64,000 nucleotides of DNA, taken from the NCBI GenBank assembly GCA_963816395.1, contig CAWFKQ010000006.1:32001-96000 (forward strand), in the 5' to 3' direction. A program made the position numbers and the translations under genes. The notes under the pieces were generated by a model. That model ran no database searches. It was not told where the DNA came from and saw nothing but the letters and a program-made list of their open reading frames with translations. This document shows, one piece after another, positions 42,540 to 53,738 of this stretch (position 1 is its first letter; each line of letters begins with the position of its first letter). This stretch comes from an uncultured delta proteobacterium. GTDB lineage: Bacteria > Desulfobacterota > Desulfuromonadia > Desulfuromonadales > JACZKF01.

Positions 42540-43429
42540 TCAGGACGCCCGCAGATGCTCGAGGAAAGCCTGGGCGAGGGGGGTAAGCTGGCGGTTGCGG
42601 CGGCGGACCAGGTAGAAGGGGCGGCGGATTTCCACCCCCTGCACGGGGATGCTGACCAGGGTGCGGCGGCTGAGATCCTCGCGCAGGGCGAGGGTGGAGA
42701 GAAAGGCGATGCCCAGGCGTCCCTTGATGCACTCGCGCACCGCCTCGTTGCTGCCCATCTCCGCCACCACCGAGAGGGCGGACGGATCGAGGCCGGCCTG
42801 GCGCAACCCCTGCTCCATCGCCGTCCGGGTGCCGGAGCCGGGCTCGCGCAGGATGAAGGGCTGGGTCGGCAGTTCTGCCGCGGCGAATGATTTTCTTCTC
42901 TGCCCACGGATGGCCGGGCCAGAGGGCGAGACGGAGTTCGTCGCCGAAGATCGCCTCCGCCTCCAGCACGGCCTCCTTCGGCCTGGCCCCGATCAGGGCC
43001 AGTTCCAGCTGGCCGTCAAGGATCTCCCGCACGATGCGGCCGGTGCCGGAAATGCGCAGGGCAACCCGGCAATCAGGGTGCCGGGTGTGAAAGGTTTCAA
43101 GATACGGCGGCAGGAGATAGGCGCCGGGGATGGTGCTGGCCCCCAGGACGAGACGGCCGGCGAGATTCCCCCGGAAGTTCGTCATGCGCCTGCACCGCCT
43201 CCTGGTGCAGGTGGATGATGCGGCGGGCATAATCGAACAGGATCAGACCGGCGGGGGTAGGGAGGACTTCCCGGGCATGGCGGTCGAGGAGCTTCTCACC
43301 GAAGGTCTCTTCCAGCAGACGGACGTGCTCACTGACCGTCGGCTGCGACAGCAGCACCGCTGCCGCCGCCCGTGAAAAGCTTTTCAGCTCCACTACCTTA
43401 CAGAAAACTTCCAGGCGCCGGATATCCAT
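42540..43429 (-). CDS. LysR-family regulator, CysL-like/selenium-metabolism-associated type (frameshifts near 43170 and 42885)
   Basis: HTH SFSRAA..LSQPTVSEH, LGASTIPG.YLLP, EMGSNEAV. Confidence 0.88.
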
Positions 43430-43471
43430 GGTTAGTCTGAAATCGCAACCGGGGGAGGTGTTTCCCCGGTC

Positions 43472-43741
43472 TCAGAGGGGGATTCTTCTTTTCTTGGCAT
43501 AGGCGCGGATCACCACTTCCGCCTGGTTGAGGCGGGAGAGCTTCAGGTTTCTGGCTTTTGCGGCCATGACGTCCTCGGGGGAAATCTGCTGCTGGCGCAG
43601 TTCGCGGGCAACCATCCCCAGGTGGACCAGGACCGTCTTCAGGTCGACGGGGGTATACTGGCGCAGCAACGGGGGGGAGAGACTGAAGAAGCCGTCGGCA
43701 ATATCCTGGCCCATCTTCTTCGGGCTGCCGGAGATAGACAT
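43472..43741 (-). CDS. Small hypothetical protein (89 aa)
   Basis: AGGAGG RBS, ATG at 43741, MSISGSPKKMGQDIADG. Confidence 0.75.
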   Translation of the reverse strand: MSISGSPKKMGQDIADGFFSLSPPLLRQYTPVDLKTVLVHLGMVARELRQQQISPEDVMAAKARNLKLSRLNQAEVVIRAYAKKRRIPL

Positions 43742-43796
43742 TTTCCCTCCTGCAAAAAGCCGGACCCGAGATCCGGAGATTAAAGGGGAGCAGCAG

Positions 43797-43973
43797 ATGA
43801 TCCGATACAAAGCAGTGGAAACCAGCACGGTAACCGACGAAGCTCTGGAGGCCATCCTCAACGAATGGACGGCTCGGGGCTGGCGTCTCGAATGGATTCA
43901 ATTCGCCATGCGCGAGGCGAGCAAACGTCCGGCCATGGCCTTCGTCTTTTTTACCCGGGAGGAAACGGGCTGA
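43797..43973 (+). CDS. DUF4177-like small protein
   Basis: YKAVE...LE.ILNEW...GWRL...FFTR pattern; GGGGAG RBS. Confidence 0.75.
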   Translation: MIRYKAVETSTVTDEALEAILNEWTARGWRLEWIQFAMREASKRPAMAFVFFTREETG

Positions 43974-44010
43974 TTCCATGCCATCCAGCGGGGAAACCGC
44001 AGTCTGATCC

Positions 44011-44134
44011 ACGGCTGAGCAAAAATGTCCAGATGCAAGGCGCCAGAAATCCTGAGGAATAAGGCGTACCTGAAAGGTACGTCGTTGACGAAGGATGAGG
44101 GCAACGCCGCAGATGGGCGTTTTTCATCAGCCGT
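44011..44134. mobile_element. 124-bp MITE-like element with imperfect 26-bp terminal inverted repeats
   Basis: ACGGCTGAGCAAAAATGTCCAGATGC versus reverse complement ACGGCTGATGAAAAACGCCCATCTGC (20/26); central GTAC hairpin. Confidence 0.65.
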
Positions 44135-44137
44135 CTC

Positions 44138-44314
44138 TTAATCCTCCCAGTCGGGAATGTCCCTATACGTCACCGTCCGCCGGGGGTCGGAGGAAGGGCT
44201 GGCGCCGCAACGGGGGCAGACAGGTTCTGCGGGTTCCTCTTCCGGAGGTCCCTCAAAAGCGAGTTCGATCGGCTTGCCGGTGCAGGTGCAGTACCATTTT
44301 CGGAAAACGTCCAT
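44138..44314 (-). CDS. 58-aa putative zinc-ribbon protein (below the ORF-track cutoff)
   Basis: GGGAGGGAG RBS; MDVFRKWYCTCTGKPIELAFEGPPEEEPAEPVCPRCGASPSSDPRRTVTYRDIPDWED. Confidence 0.75.
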   Translation of the reverse strand: MDVFRKWYCTCTGKPIELAFEGPPEEEPAEPVCPRCGASPSSDPRRTVTYRDIPDWED

Positions 44315-44354
44315 GCTCCCTCCCTACTGGCTCCAGCATCTCCCCTTCAGTATG

Positions 44355-44421
44355 ACAAGGGATACGAATCAGGCAAGGGGTCCCTCTAGCCGCTTGCCTC
44401 TTGCCCCTCGTCCCTCGCCCC
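44355..44421. repeat. Heptamer repeat tract after trpS
   Basis: aggcaag ... ctagccg cttgcct cttgccc ctcgtcc ctcgccc. Confidence 0.75.
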
Positions 44422-45387
44422 TTAATACGTCAATCCCGCCTTCTTGCGCACCTTGCGCATCGTCTTGACGGCAGTCTGCCGGGCTTTCTCGGCGCCGCGG
44501 GCGAGAACCGCGCGGATGGCGCCGGGATCGGCGAGCAGTTGCCGGCGATTTTCGGCGTAGGGGGCGAAGAAGTCCCGCACGGTTTCGAACAACTCCTGTT
44601 TCACTTCTCCGTAGGCCAGTCCCCCCGCGAGATAGCGCTGCCGCAGCGCCGCTTCCTGCTCCTTATCGAGAAACAGCCGATAGATCTGGAAGACATTGCA
44701 CTTGTCGGGATCCTTCGGTTCCTCGACCGGCGTCGGGTCGGTCACGATCCGCATCACCTGCTTGCGCAGGGCGTTTTCCTCGAGGAAAAGGTCGATGGTG
44801 TTGCCGTAGCTCTTGCTCATCTTCTGGCCGTCCAGGCCGGGAACCGTCGCCACCTCCTCGTCGATTTCCGCCTCGGGGACGATGAACAGGTCGCCAAAAT
44901 GGTTGTTGACCTTGATGGCGATATCGCGCGCCACTTCCAGGTGCTGCTTCTGGTCCTTGCCTACCGGTACCCGCTCACTCTGAAACAGCAGAATGTCGGC
45001 GGTCATCAGCACCGGATAGGCGAACAGCGCATGGTTGGCGGCAATCCCGCGTGAAACCTTATCCTTGTAGCTGTGGCAGCGCTCCAGCAGCCCCATCGGC
45101 GTGAAGGTGGAGAGAAACCAGGTCAGCTCCTGCACCTCCGGCAAGTCCGACTGCACCCAGAAGGTGCTCTTCTCCGGGTCCATTCCCAGGGCCAGGAAAT
45201 TCGCCGCCGCCTCAATCGTCCCCCTCGCCAGCGCCTTGCCATCGGCAACCGAAGTCATGGCGTGGTAATTGGCGATAAAGCAGAACAGGTCCTCCTGGTC
45301 CTGATAGCCGATCATCTTCTTCATCATGCCAAAATAGTTGCCCAGGTGGAGGGAGCCCGACGGCTGTATGCCGGAAAGAATGCGCAT
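44422..45387 (-). CDS. trpS: Tryptophan-tRNA ligase
   Basis: SGIQPSG.LHLGNY, VPVGKDQKQH, KMSKS. Confidence 0.97.
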   Translation of the reverse strand: MRILSGIQPSGSLHLGNYFGMMKKMIGYQDQEDLFCFIANYHAMTSVADGKALARGTIEAAANFLALGMDPEKSTFWVQSDLPEVQELTWFLSTFTPMGLLERCHSYKDKVSRGIAANHALFAYPVLMTADILLFQSERVPVGKDQKQHLEVARDIAIKVNNHFGDLFIVPEAEIDEEVATVPGLDGQKMSKSYGNTIDLFLEENALRKQVMRIVTDPTPVEEPKDPDKCNVFQIYRLFLDKEQEAALRQRYLAGGLAYGEVKQELFETVRDFFAPYAENRRQLLADPGAIRAVLARGAEKARQTAVKTMRKVRKKAGLTY

Positions 45388-45419
45388 TTTCGTCACCTTC
45401 TATGAAAGAATTGTCGGTT

Positions 45420-45621
45420 CAATGGAAAAGCCGCGGTACTTGGACCGCGGCTTTTTGATTGTCCTCCGGGCCGCGGAAATCGGCCGCGGCAGAAGTTCAA
45501 GATAGGGAAGGCGCGGACCGGACAGAAAGAGCCGGGCGCCACCAACCCTTTTCCCATATTGGAGTGCGGGATCTGTTGACTCATGGCCGGATAAGCTAGC
45601 AGTTCCAGGCTCTTTCGTCAA
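45420..45621 (-). promoter_or_regulatory. trpS promoter with Trp leader-peptide attenuator
   Basis: TTGACG-N17-TAGCTT; codons for WEKGWWR; mutually exclusive CCGCGG stems; terminator at 45426-45456. Confidence 0.72.
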
Positions 45622-45720
45622 GCAGGGAAAATGGTCCGGGAGTTGCGGAGAGGGGATTTTCGCGCTGACAGAAATTCAGAGTTGGAAAATGGGACGATTT
45701 GCCCCCTCCGGCTCGACCGC

Positions 45721-45736
45721 TGGCATGCACATTGCT
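45721..45736 (+). promoter_or_regulatory. Sigma54 (-24/-12) promoter
   Basis: TGGCATGCACATTGCT: GG-N10-GC, 40 nt upstream of ATG 45777. Confidence 0.65.
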
Positions 45737-45776
45737 CCTGCTGTTATTCGAACTATTTCCCGGTGCCGAGGGTGCC

Positions 45777-46997
45777 ATGCGCAAGATCTTTTTGTCTCTT
45801 CTCTTCCCCGGCGGCCTGATTGCCGGTCTGGCGGCGGCTCTTTTCTCCGCCGTCAACCTTCCTCCGGCCGCCCGCTCCTTTCTTCCCTTCTATCCGGTGG
45901 TGGTACTGGCCGCCGGCCTGTTGCTCGGCTGGCGTTTCAACCGCAGCCGGCTGATTTTTGCCCTCCTGCTGTTAGCTCTGGCCGATCGGGGCCTGGTCCA
46001 CTGGCCCACGGCGCCGGTGCTGACGCAGGCCCTGCAGGTGCTGCTGCCGTTGAACCTGGCGCTCATCGCCTCCTATGCCGAAAGGGGGCTGCTCACCTGG
46101 GTGGGATTGGTGCGGCTGGGATTGCTCGGCGGTCAAGCCGCGGTCATGGCCTTTTTTTGCGAATACCGGCCAGCCGAATCGCTGGCAGCCCTGGGTCATC
46201 CTCTGTTACCCTCGTTGCCGCCCTTCCTGCTGTCGGGTGTGGCCGTCCAATTTCTGGTTCTGGTATTTTTACTGGGGCGTTTTCTGCGACAGCCGACTCC
46301 CCTCGCCGGCGGGTTCGTCTGGGCTCTTTTCGCTGCCTGTCTGCCGCTGTTTCTCGGTTTGCAGGACTTTGGCCTGACCCTCGGTTTCGCCACCGCCGGT
46401 CTGATACTGCTGGCGGCGGTGATCGAGACCTCGCACGGCATGGCTTTCTGCGACGAACTGACCGGTCTGCCGGCGCGTCGGGCCTTGAACGAAAGCCTGC
46501 TCAAGGTCGGCAGGCGCTATACCGTGGCGATGGTCGACATCGATCACTTCAAGAAGGTCAACGACCGCTTCGGCCATGATACCGGCGACCAGGTGCTCAG
46601 GATGGTGGCCGCCAAGTTGGGCCGGGTGGGCGGCGGCGGCCGGCCGTTCCGTTACGGAGGAGAAGAATTCACCATTCTTTTCCCCGGCAAGGCCTTGGCC
46701 GAGGCGCTGCCCTACCTGGAAGCGGTGCGGGAGGCGGTGCAGGCGACAGGATTTACCGTCCGCCATCCCGCTCGCCCCAGGAAACCTCCGGAAAAGCTTC
46801 CGAAACGGGTCGGCACGCAGCGGCTTGGCGTCACCGTCAGCATCGGGGTCGCCGGCCGGCAGGAGGATGCGAATCGCCCGGCTCAAGTGATCAAGGCTGC
46901 CGACCAGGCCCTTTATCGCGCCAAGAAAACCGGGCGCAACCGGGTCTGCAGCGCCTCGGACGGGGAACCGGTGCGGCGCTCAAGCAGGGGAAACTGA
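45777..46997 (+). CDS. Membrane-bound diguanylate cyclase (GGDEF)
   Basis: About 8 TM segments, DELTGL, DIDHFKKVND.FGH..GD, RYGGEEF; no RxxD I-site. Confidence 0.93.
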   Translation: MRKIFLSLLFPGGLIAGLAAALFSAVNLPPAARSFLPFYPVVVLAAGLLLGWRFNRSRLIFALLLLALADRGLVHWPTAPVLTQALQVLLPLNLALIASYAERGLLTWVGLVRLGLLGGQAAVMAFFCEYRPAESLAALGHPLLPSLPPFLLSGVAVQFLVLVFLLGRFLRQPTPLAGGFVWALFAACLPLFLGLQDFGLTLGFATAGLILLAAVIETSHGMAFCDELTGLPARRALNESLLKVGRRYTVAMVDIDHFKKVNDRFGHDTGDQVLRMVAAKLGRVGGGGRPFRYGGEEFTILFPGKALAEALPYLEAVREAVQATGFTVRHPARPRKPPEKLPKRVGTQRLGVTVSIGVAGRQEDANRPAQVIKAADQALYRAKKTGRNRVCSASDGEPVRRSSRGN

Positions 46998-47004
46998 AAA
47001 GCAG

Positions 47005-47038
47005 AACCGCCCGGCCTCGAGGGCGCCGGGCGGTTTGC
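47005..47038. terminator. Terminator between convergent genes
   Basis: AACCGCCCGGC / GCCGGGCGGTT inverted repeat. Confidence 0.65.
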
Positions 47039-47062
47039 CGGTGATTTTATTTTTCTGCAAGA

Positions 47063-47293
47063 TCAGTCGTTTGCAGCGGGGACTCCGCCGAACATGGCGG
47101 CAAGCTGTACGATCTGCTGCAGGTCCAGCCCGCTTTCCTTGACGATGCCGAGAAAAACCGGAAAGAGCTGCATCAGAAAGGTCGGGTCCTGCATGGCTTC
47201 TTTTGCCATCGGCGGCAGGGTTTCAAGAATGAAGGCCTTCTTCTCCTCGGGAGAGAGGGCGAGAACGGCGGATTTCAATGCGGCGACGGACAT
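47063..47293 (-). CDS. Small hypothetical protein (76 aa)
   Basis: AGGAG RBS, MSVAALKSAVLALSPEEKKAFI. Confidence 0.72.
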   Translation of the reverse strand: MSVAALKSAVLALSPEEKKAFILETLPPMAKEAMQDPTFLMQLFPVFLGIVKESGLDLQQIVQLAAMFGGVPAAND

Positions 47294-47363
47294 GGATACT
47301 CCTGGAAAAAAGCCACAGCCCGAGATCTGCGGCCGAGGTGATGGAAAGATCCGGCATTTCAGC

Positions 47364-49797
<2,434 letters not shown>

Positions 49798-49833
49798 GCA
49801 AATCTCCTCATCGGTTCCCGGGGTCATCAGGGA

Positions 49834-49862
49834 AAACTAAGCATCCGGCCGATGGATGTCAA
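49834..49862 (-). promoter_or_regulatory. Sigma70-type promoter of lon
   Basis: TTGACA-N17-TAGTTT. Confidence 0.55.
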
Positions 49863-49882
49863 CTGTGAAACTCCCCCGAGGG

Positions 49883-50866
49883 TCAGAAAGTGCTGCGTAA
49901 AGCGAGGTGGAAAACAACATCCGGGGCGGTGTCGACGTCGATATCTTCGCTGACGCCGAGGTCGAGGGCGGTTTCGGCCCAGGACAGGGTGCCGCCGAGG
50001 GTGAGCTGCAGCGATTCCCCCAGCTGGGGGAGGTCGCTGTCGAAGAAGGGGGTATGGCCGTCGGCCTGCAGCTTGAAGGCAAGCCAGGCAAGGGGTTGCC
50101 AGCCGCCGCCCAGGGTGCCGAAGCCGACCACGTTCCGCTGCCGGTCGGGGAGAATATCGCCGTCGGTAAGCAGCATGGCGCCGCCGGCGCCGAACACGGC
50201 ATATTTCCCGCCGGCGGCGATGAAGCCATGATCGCCGGCCAGCCACAGCGCCAGGTCGGTGCTGCCGCTGCCGAGCAGGCGGTCGCTGTCGCCGGTCGGC
50301 AGCTTCAGGCTGGCGCGCAGGGCGAGCGCCGAGCGCTCCTGCCGCCAGATCTGCCAGCCGCCGGTCAGGCGGAGATCGCCGATCCCCTCAGCATTTCTCT
50401 GCAGGTGCAGGCGTTCTTTGCCGTCATCGGTATAGGAGAAGAGCAGGCGGTTATTGGGTGCCTGATCGCGGCCGTTCTGGGGGAACCCGAAGAAATCGTG
50501 CCAGTGGATGATGAAGCTGTCGAGAAAGCCGCCGCGATACATGAGGTAGGGGAGTTCCGCGCCGACCTCGAAACGCTCCCCCAGACCGTGGCGCAGCGCC
50601 AGGGTAAAACGATAGCTTTCCCCGTCGAAAAGGAGGCTTTCGTTCCCTGCGGCGCTGTGGGTGAAGTGGCTGGCCAGATCCGTGGCGAGCAGGCCGACGG
50701 TGCGCCCCGGCGCTGCCAGGCGCCCGCCGGTGGCCGGCGGCAAGCCGAAGATCTGCACCAGGGGGCTCTGATTGCGGACGTAGAAGGGAGCGAGTTCGAG
50801 AGCCCGGCCGGAAACGGGAAAAGCCAGGCACACCAGGAGGACGAGGAAAACAGCGGTTTTTTGCAT
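49883..50866 (-). CDS. DUF3187-like outer-membrane protein
   Basis: Signal peptide, RNQSPL..IFGLP, GGFLDSFI..WH.FFG.P, EDI...APD, terminal Phe. Confidence 0.75.
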   Translation of the reverse strand: MQKTAVFLVLLVCLAFPVSGRALELAPFYVRNQSPLVQIFGLPPATGGRLAAPGRTVGLLATDLASHFTHSAAGNESLLFDGESYRFTLALRHGLGERFEVGAELPYLMYRGGFLDSFIIHWHDFFGFPQNGRDQAPNNRLLFSYTDDGKERLHLQRNAEGIGDLRLTGGWQIWRQERSALALRASLKLPTGDSDRLLGSGSTDLALWLAGDHGFIAAGGKYAVFGAGGAMLLTDGDILPDRQRNVVGFGTLGGGWQPLAWLAFKLQADGHTPFFDSDLPQLGESLQLTLGGTLSWAETALDLGVSEDIDVDTAPDVVFHLALRSTF

Positions 50867-50910
50867 GCGTCGATCCTCCTTGGAGCAGCCCTGGGGCGGA
50901 ATGGTTACTG

Positions 50911-51813
50911 TTACTTGGCCAGAATCGGCTGGGACAGGGTGCCGGTGAGCCGCAGGTGGTAGGCGCCGTCGCTGCCGGCTTTGGCGAACAGGTCGAGGAG
51001 ATCCCGCAGGTTGCGGTCGAAATTCGCTCCCGGCCGCAGCACCAGATTGAGATTGAGCCGGCTGCGCTGCAGCGGCTGGTTGAGCAGCACGGAGCCGCTG
51101 CCGGAGGCCTGCATTTCGCCGCCGGTCGCCTCCAGTTGCTCGATGCGGAAGGTGTTCCCCCGTCCCGACCCTTTGAGGGAAATTCGTCCCAGGTTCAGAT
51201 TGCCGTCGGCGACCCCGAGAGAATCCAGCCCCTTGAGCTGCAGGCTGTCGAAAGTGAGCGCGAATTGGCTTTCGCTGCCGGCCGGCGGAGGAATGATGCC
51301 GGTAAAGGTGCCCTCGCCGAGAGTGCCGGCCAGTTCCATGTCGGAGCCGGCGGTAAGATGCTCGGCAAATGCGAGCTGCCGCACCTGTGCCTCCAGGGCA
51401 CCGTTCCGGCGCGCCCGGCCGGAGATATTCCCGCCCAGCAGGCTGGCCTGGAAAGCGACTCCGGGGTTGCTGCCGAGGAGGGAGAGCCAAAGCGGCTGCA
51501 GGGTGGCGGCGGCGATATCGACCGTCGGCCGCTCGGGCAGCCCGGTATTTACTCTCACCTGCTGCGCCCGCAGCCCCGGCGGAAAGAGGAGGGAAAGCTG
51601 GCCGATATTCAGGCTGCCGGTGGTTCTCTGGGAAAAGTCCTGCTCGATTCGTTCCTTCAGTGCCGAGGCAGGGAAGAACAGGTAGAGGCTGACCAGAAAG
51701 GAGAGGAGCATCAGCCCCAGGCCGAGCAGGTAGAATTTGAGCCGAGCCCGGGTGAACAGGCGGGGGGCGCCCGGCGAGCGGGCCGGCAGGCGGGGGAGGC
51801 GGAACGATTTCAT
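50911..51813 (-). CDS. gspN: Type II secretion protein N
   Basis: N-terminal TM with LFFP, C-terminal LRLTGTLSQP; operon position. Confidence 0.8.
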   Translation of the reverse strand: MKSFRLPRLPARSPGAPRLFTRARLKFYLLGLGLMLLSFLVSLYLFFPASALKERIEQDFSQRTTGSLNIGQLSLLFPPGLRAQQVRVNTGLPERPTVDIAAATLQPLWLSLLGSNPGVAFQASLLGGNISGRARRNGALEAQVRQLAFAEHLTAGSDMELAGTLGEGTFTGIIPPPAGSESQFALTFDSLQLKGLDSLGVADGNLNLGRISLKGSGRGNTFRIEQLEATGGEMQASGSGSVLLNQPLQRSRLNLNLVLRPGANFDRNLRDLLDLFAKAGSDGAYHLRLTGTLSQPILAK

Positions 51814-52340
51814 GCGCTCCTCCCGAACATGGAGACGGTCATCACCGCATCGAGCTGGGAATGGTCGTCAAAACGGGTGCGGATGCGCAGGCTCTTCACC
51901 TGCAGGGCGGCATCGGCGGACTCAAAGGAATAGAGAAAGCGCACCAGTTGGTCGAGGTGGAGTTTCTCCAGCTTGATTTCCACTGATTCCTCGCGGAAGC
52001 CTTCCTGCGCGGAGCCGGTCTGCGGGCGCATGTAGACCAGGTTTTCCTTGCTGGCCACGCGCGCGGCGGTCGCCTCGACAAAGGAAAAAAGGGAAAAATT
52101 GCGTGCCTTGTCCAGGCGGCCCTCCGCCTTCGAGAGCTGCTGCTGCAGCAGCAGATACTCCTGGCGCAGCTCCTGAATCTGCTGCACCTGCTTCTGGCGG
52201 GAAGCGATCTTGCCGTCGAGACGGGTCATCGCGTTCCGGTAGGGGAGGACGACGCCGAGGAAGATTACCGTGGCCAGGACGACCAGGCCGCAGACGATCA
52301 AGGCCAGGCGTTCGCGCGGGGATATTTGCGGCAGTGTCAT
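51810..52340 (-). CDS. gspM: Type II secretion protein M
   Basis: ISPRER, TM, coiled coil, QLVRFLY; operon position. Confidence 0.82.
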   Translation of the reverse strand: MTLPQISPRERLALIVCGLVVLATVIFLGVVLPYRNAMTRLDGKIASRQKQVQQIQELRQEYLLLQQQLSKAEGRLDKARNFSLFSFVEATAARVASKENLVYMRPQTGSAQEGFREESVEIKLEKLHLDQLVRFLYSFESADAALQVKSLRIRTRFDDHSQLDAVMTVSMFGRSA

Positions 52341-53734
52341 GGTTTTTCCTTTGCTCCGCCGTAGGTGAGGTTCAGGCGGAAATCGACCCGGCTGTTATCA
52401 ATGCTCATTTTAGCGTCGGCGATCTGCGCCTCGGCAAACAGGGGGGACTGCTCCAGGCTGCGGGCGATCTGGTTGATGGCATCGAAAGAGGTGGTCACCC
52501 CCTCCAGCCGCACCGATTCCGGGGAAAAGCTGAAATCGCGGATATCGAGGGAAACCGAGGCCGGAATATTGCTGGAGATCTCCCGCAGAATGGCGAGGGG
52601 CGTGCTGCGCTGGCCGGCGCCGATCAGTTTTCCTCGCTGGTGCAGCTCCTTGATCTTGCTCTGCATCTGCTGGGTGGGGTTGATCAGCCGCTGCGAACCG
52701 GGCAAGGTCTGGTGGAAGACCCGGGTAATCTCCTGGTTCAGCGCCTCGGCCCGGCTCGCCTGGTGGGCGTAGTTGAGGTAGCTGGAGCCGACGACCGCCA
52801 GCACGGCAAGGAGCAGCAGAACGCCGCCGGCGATCAACTCCCGCTTCAGGGCGGTCCACTCGTTTTTCAGGGCGAAGCGGCCGCGGCGGAAATTGAATTC
52901 CCGCTCCCTGGCAGACGTCCCGGCCCGCAGGGCGAGGGCGACCGCCGGCAGGAATTCCGGCTCGATATCCCGCCCGTCGACGAAACAGCTCGGGATCTGG
53001 GCCGGGCGACCCGCCTGCTGCAGCGCCTGCAGCAGTTCCGGGGTGGCGCCGGCGCCGATCAGGTACAGCGGCAGATCGCGCCGCCCTGCTTCCCGCTGCA
53101 GGGTGGCGCTCTCCCGCAGGAGCAGGCGGGCGAGATCCGCCGGTTCGGTGCCGCTGGCGGCCGGCAGGAGACGATAGTCGACCACCCGTCCATCGGCCAT
53201 CAGGGAGAGGGTGATCTCCTGCTCGGCCAGATGCGCCAGCAGGCCCTCGTGGCAGTGTTCGCGCAGGCCGCGCACCAGGGCGAAGGGGGCCAGGTCGAGG
53301 ATGTGCAGGGGGATGCCGGTGGCATCGAAGGTCTGCAGGAAGGAGTCCAGATAAGCGGTGCGCACGGCCGCCGCGCTGACCCGGTGCTGCCCCTCGGCAT
53401 CGGCGGTGGGGGCCTGGAAATCGGTGGTGAATTCCTCGATCGTCACTGGCAGCTGGGCGGCCAGTTCGAAGCGCAGGGCCGGCTCGATCTTGCGCGGATC
53501 GTCAAAGGGGAAGGTCAGACGACGGACGAAGCTCTCCAGCGCCGGCACCGCCGCCGCCACCCGGTCGCTGAAGATCCGGGTCTCGCCGATCAGCTCCTGC
53601 AGGGCGGCGCCGAGTTCCTCCGGGCCGGCGTAGGCCCGTTTGCCGACGGCGATCAGCGCCTGCCGGGTCTGGGAAATGATCGCCACCCGGATGTGGCTGC
53701 CGTCGATGTCGATCCCGATCTGTCGTTTTTCCAT
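52337..53734 (-). CDS. gspL: Type II secretion protein L
   Basis: GIDID actin-like start, FNFRRGRF, TM, PilN-like C-terminus. Confidence 0.82.
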   Translation of the reverse strand: MEKRQIGIDIDGSHIRVAIISQTRQALIAVGKRAYAGPEELGAALQELIGETRIFSDRVAAAVPALESFVRRLTFPFDDPRKIEPALRFELAAQLPVTIEEFTTDFQAPTADAEGQHRVSAAAVRTAYLDSFLQTFDATGIPLHILDLAPFALVRGLREHCHEGLLAHLAEQEITLSLMADGRVVDYRLLPAASGTEPADLARLLLRESATLQREAGRRDLPLYLIGAGATPELLQALQQAGRPAQIPSCFVDGRDIEPEFLPAVALALRAGTSAREREFNFRRGRFALKNEWTALKRELIAGGVLLLLAVLAVVGSSYLNYAHQASRAEALNQEITRVFHQTLPGSQRLINPTQQMQSKIKELHQRGKLIGAGQRSTPLAILREISSNIPASVSLDIRDFSFSPESVRLEGVTTSFDAINQIARSLEQSPLFAEAQIADAKMSIDNSRVDFRLNLTYGGAKEKP

Positions 53735-53738
53735 ATGG

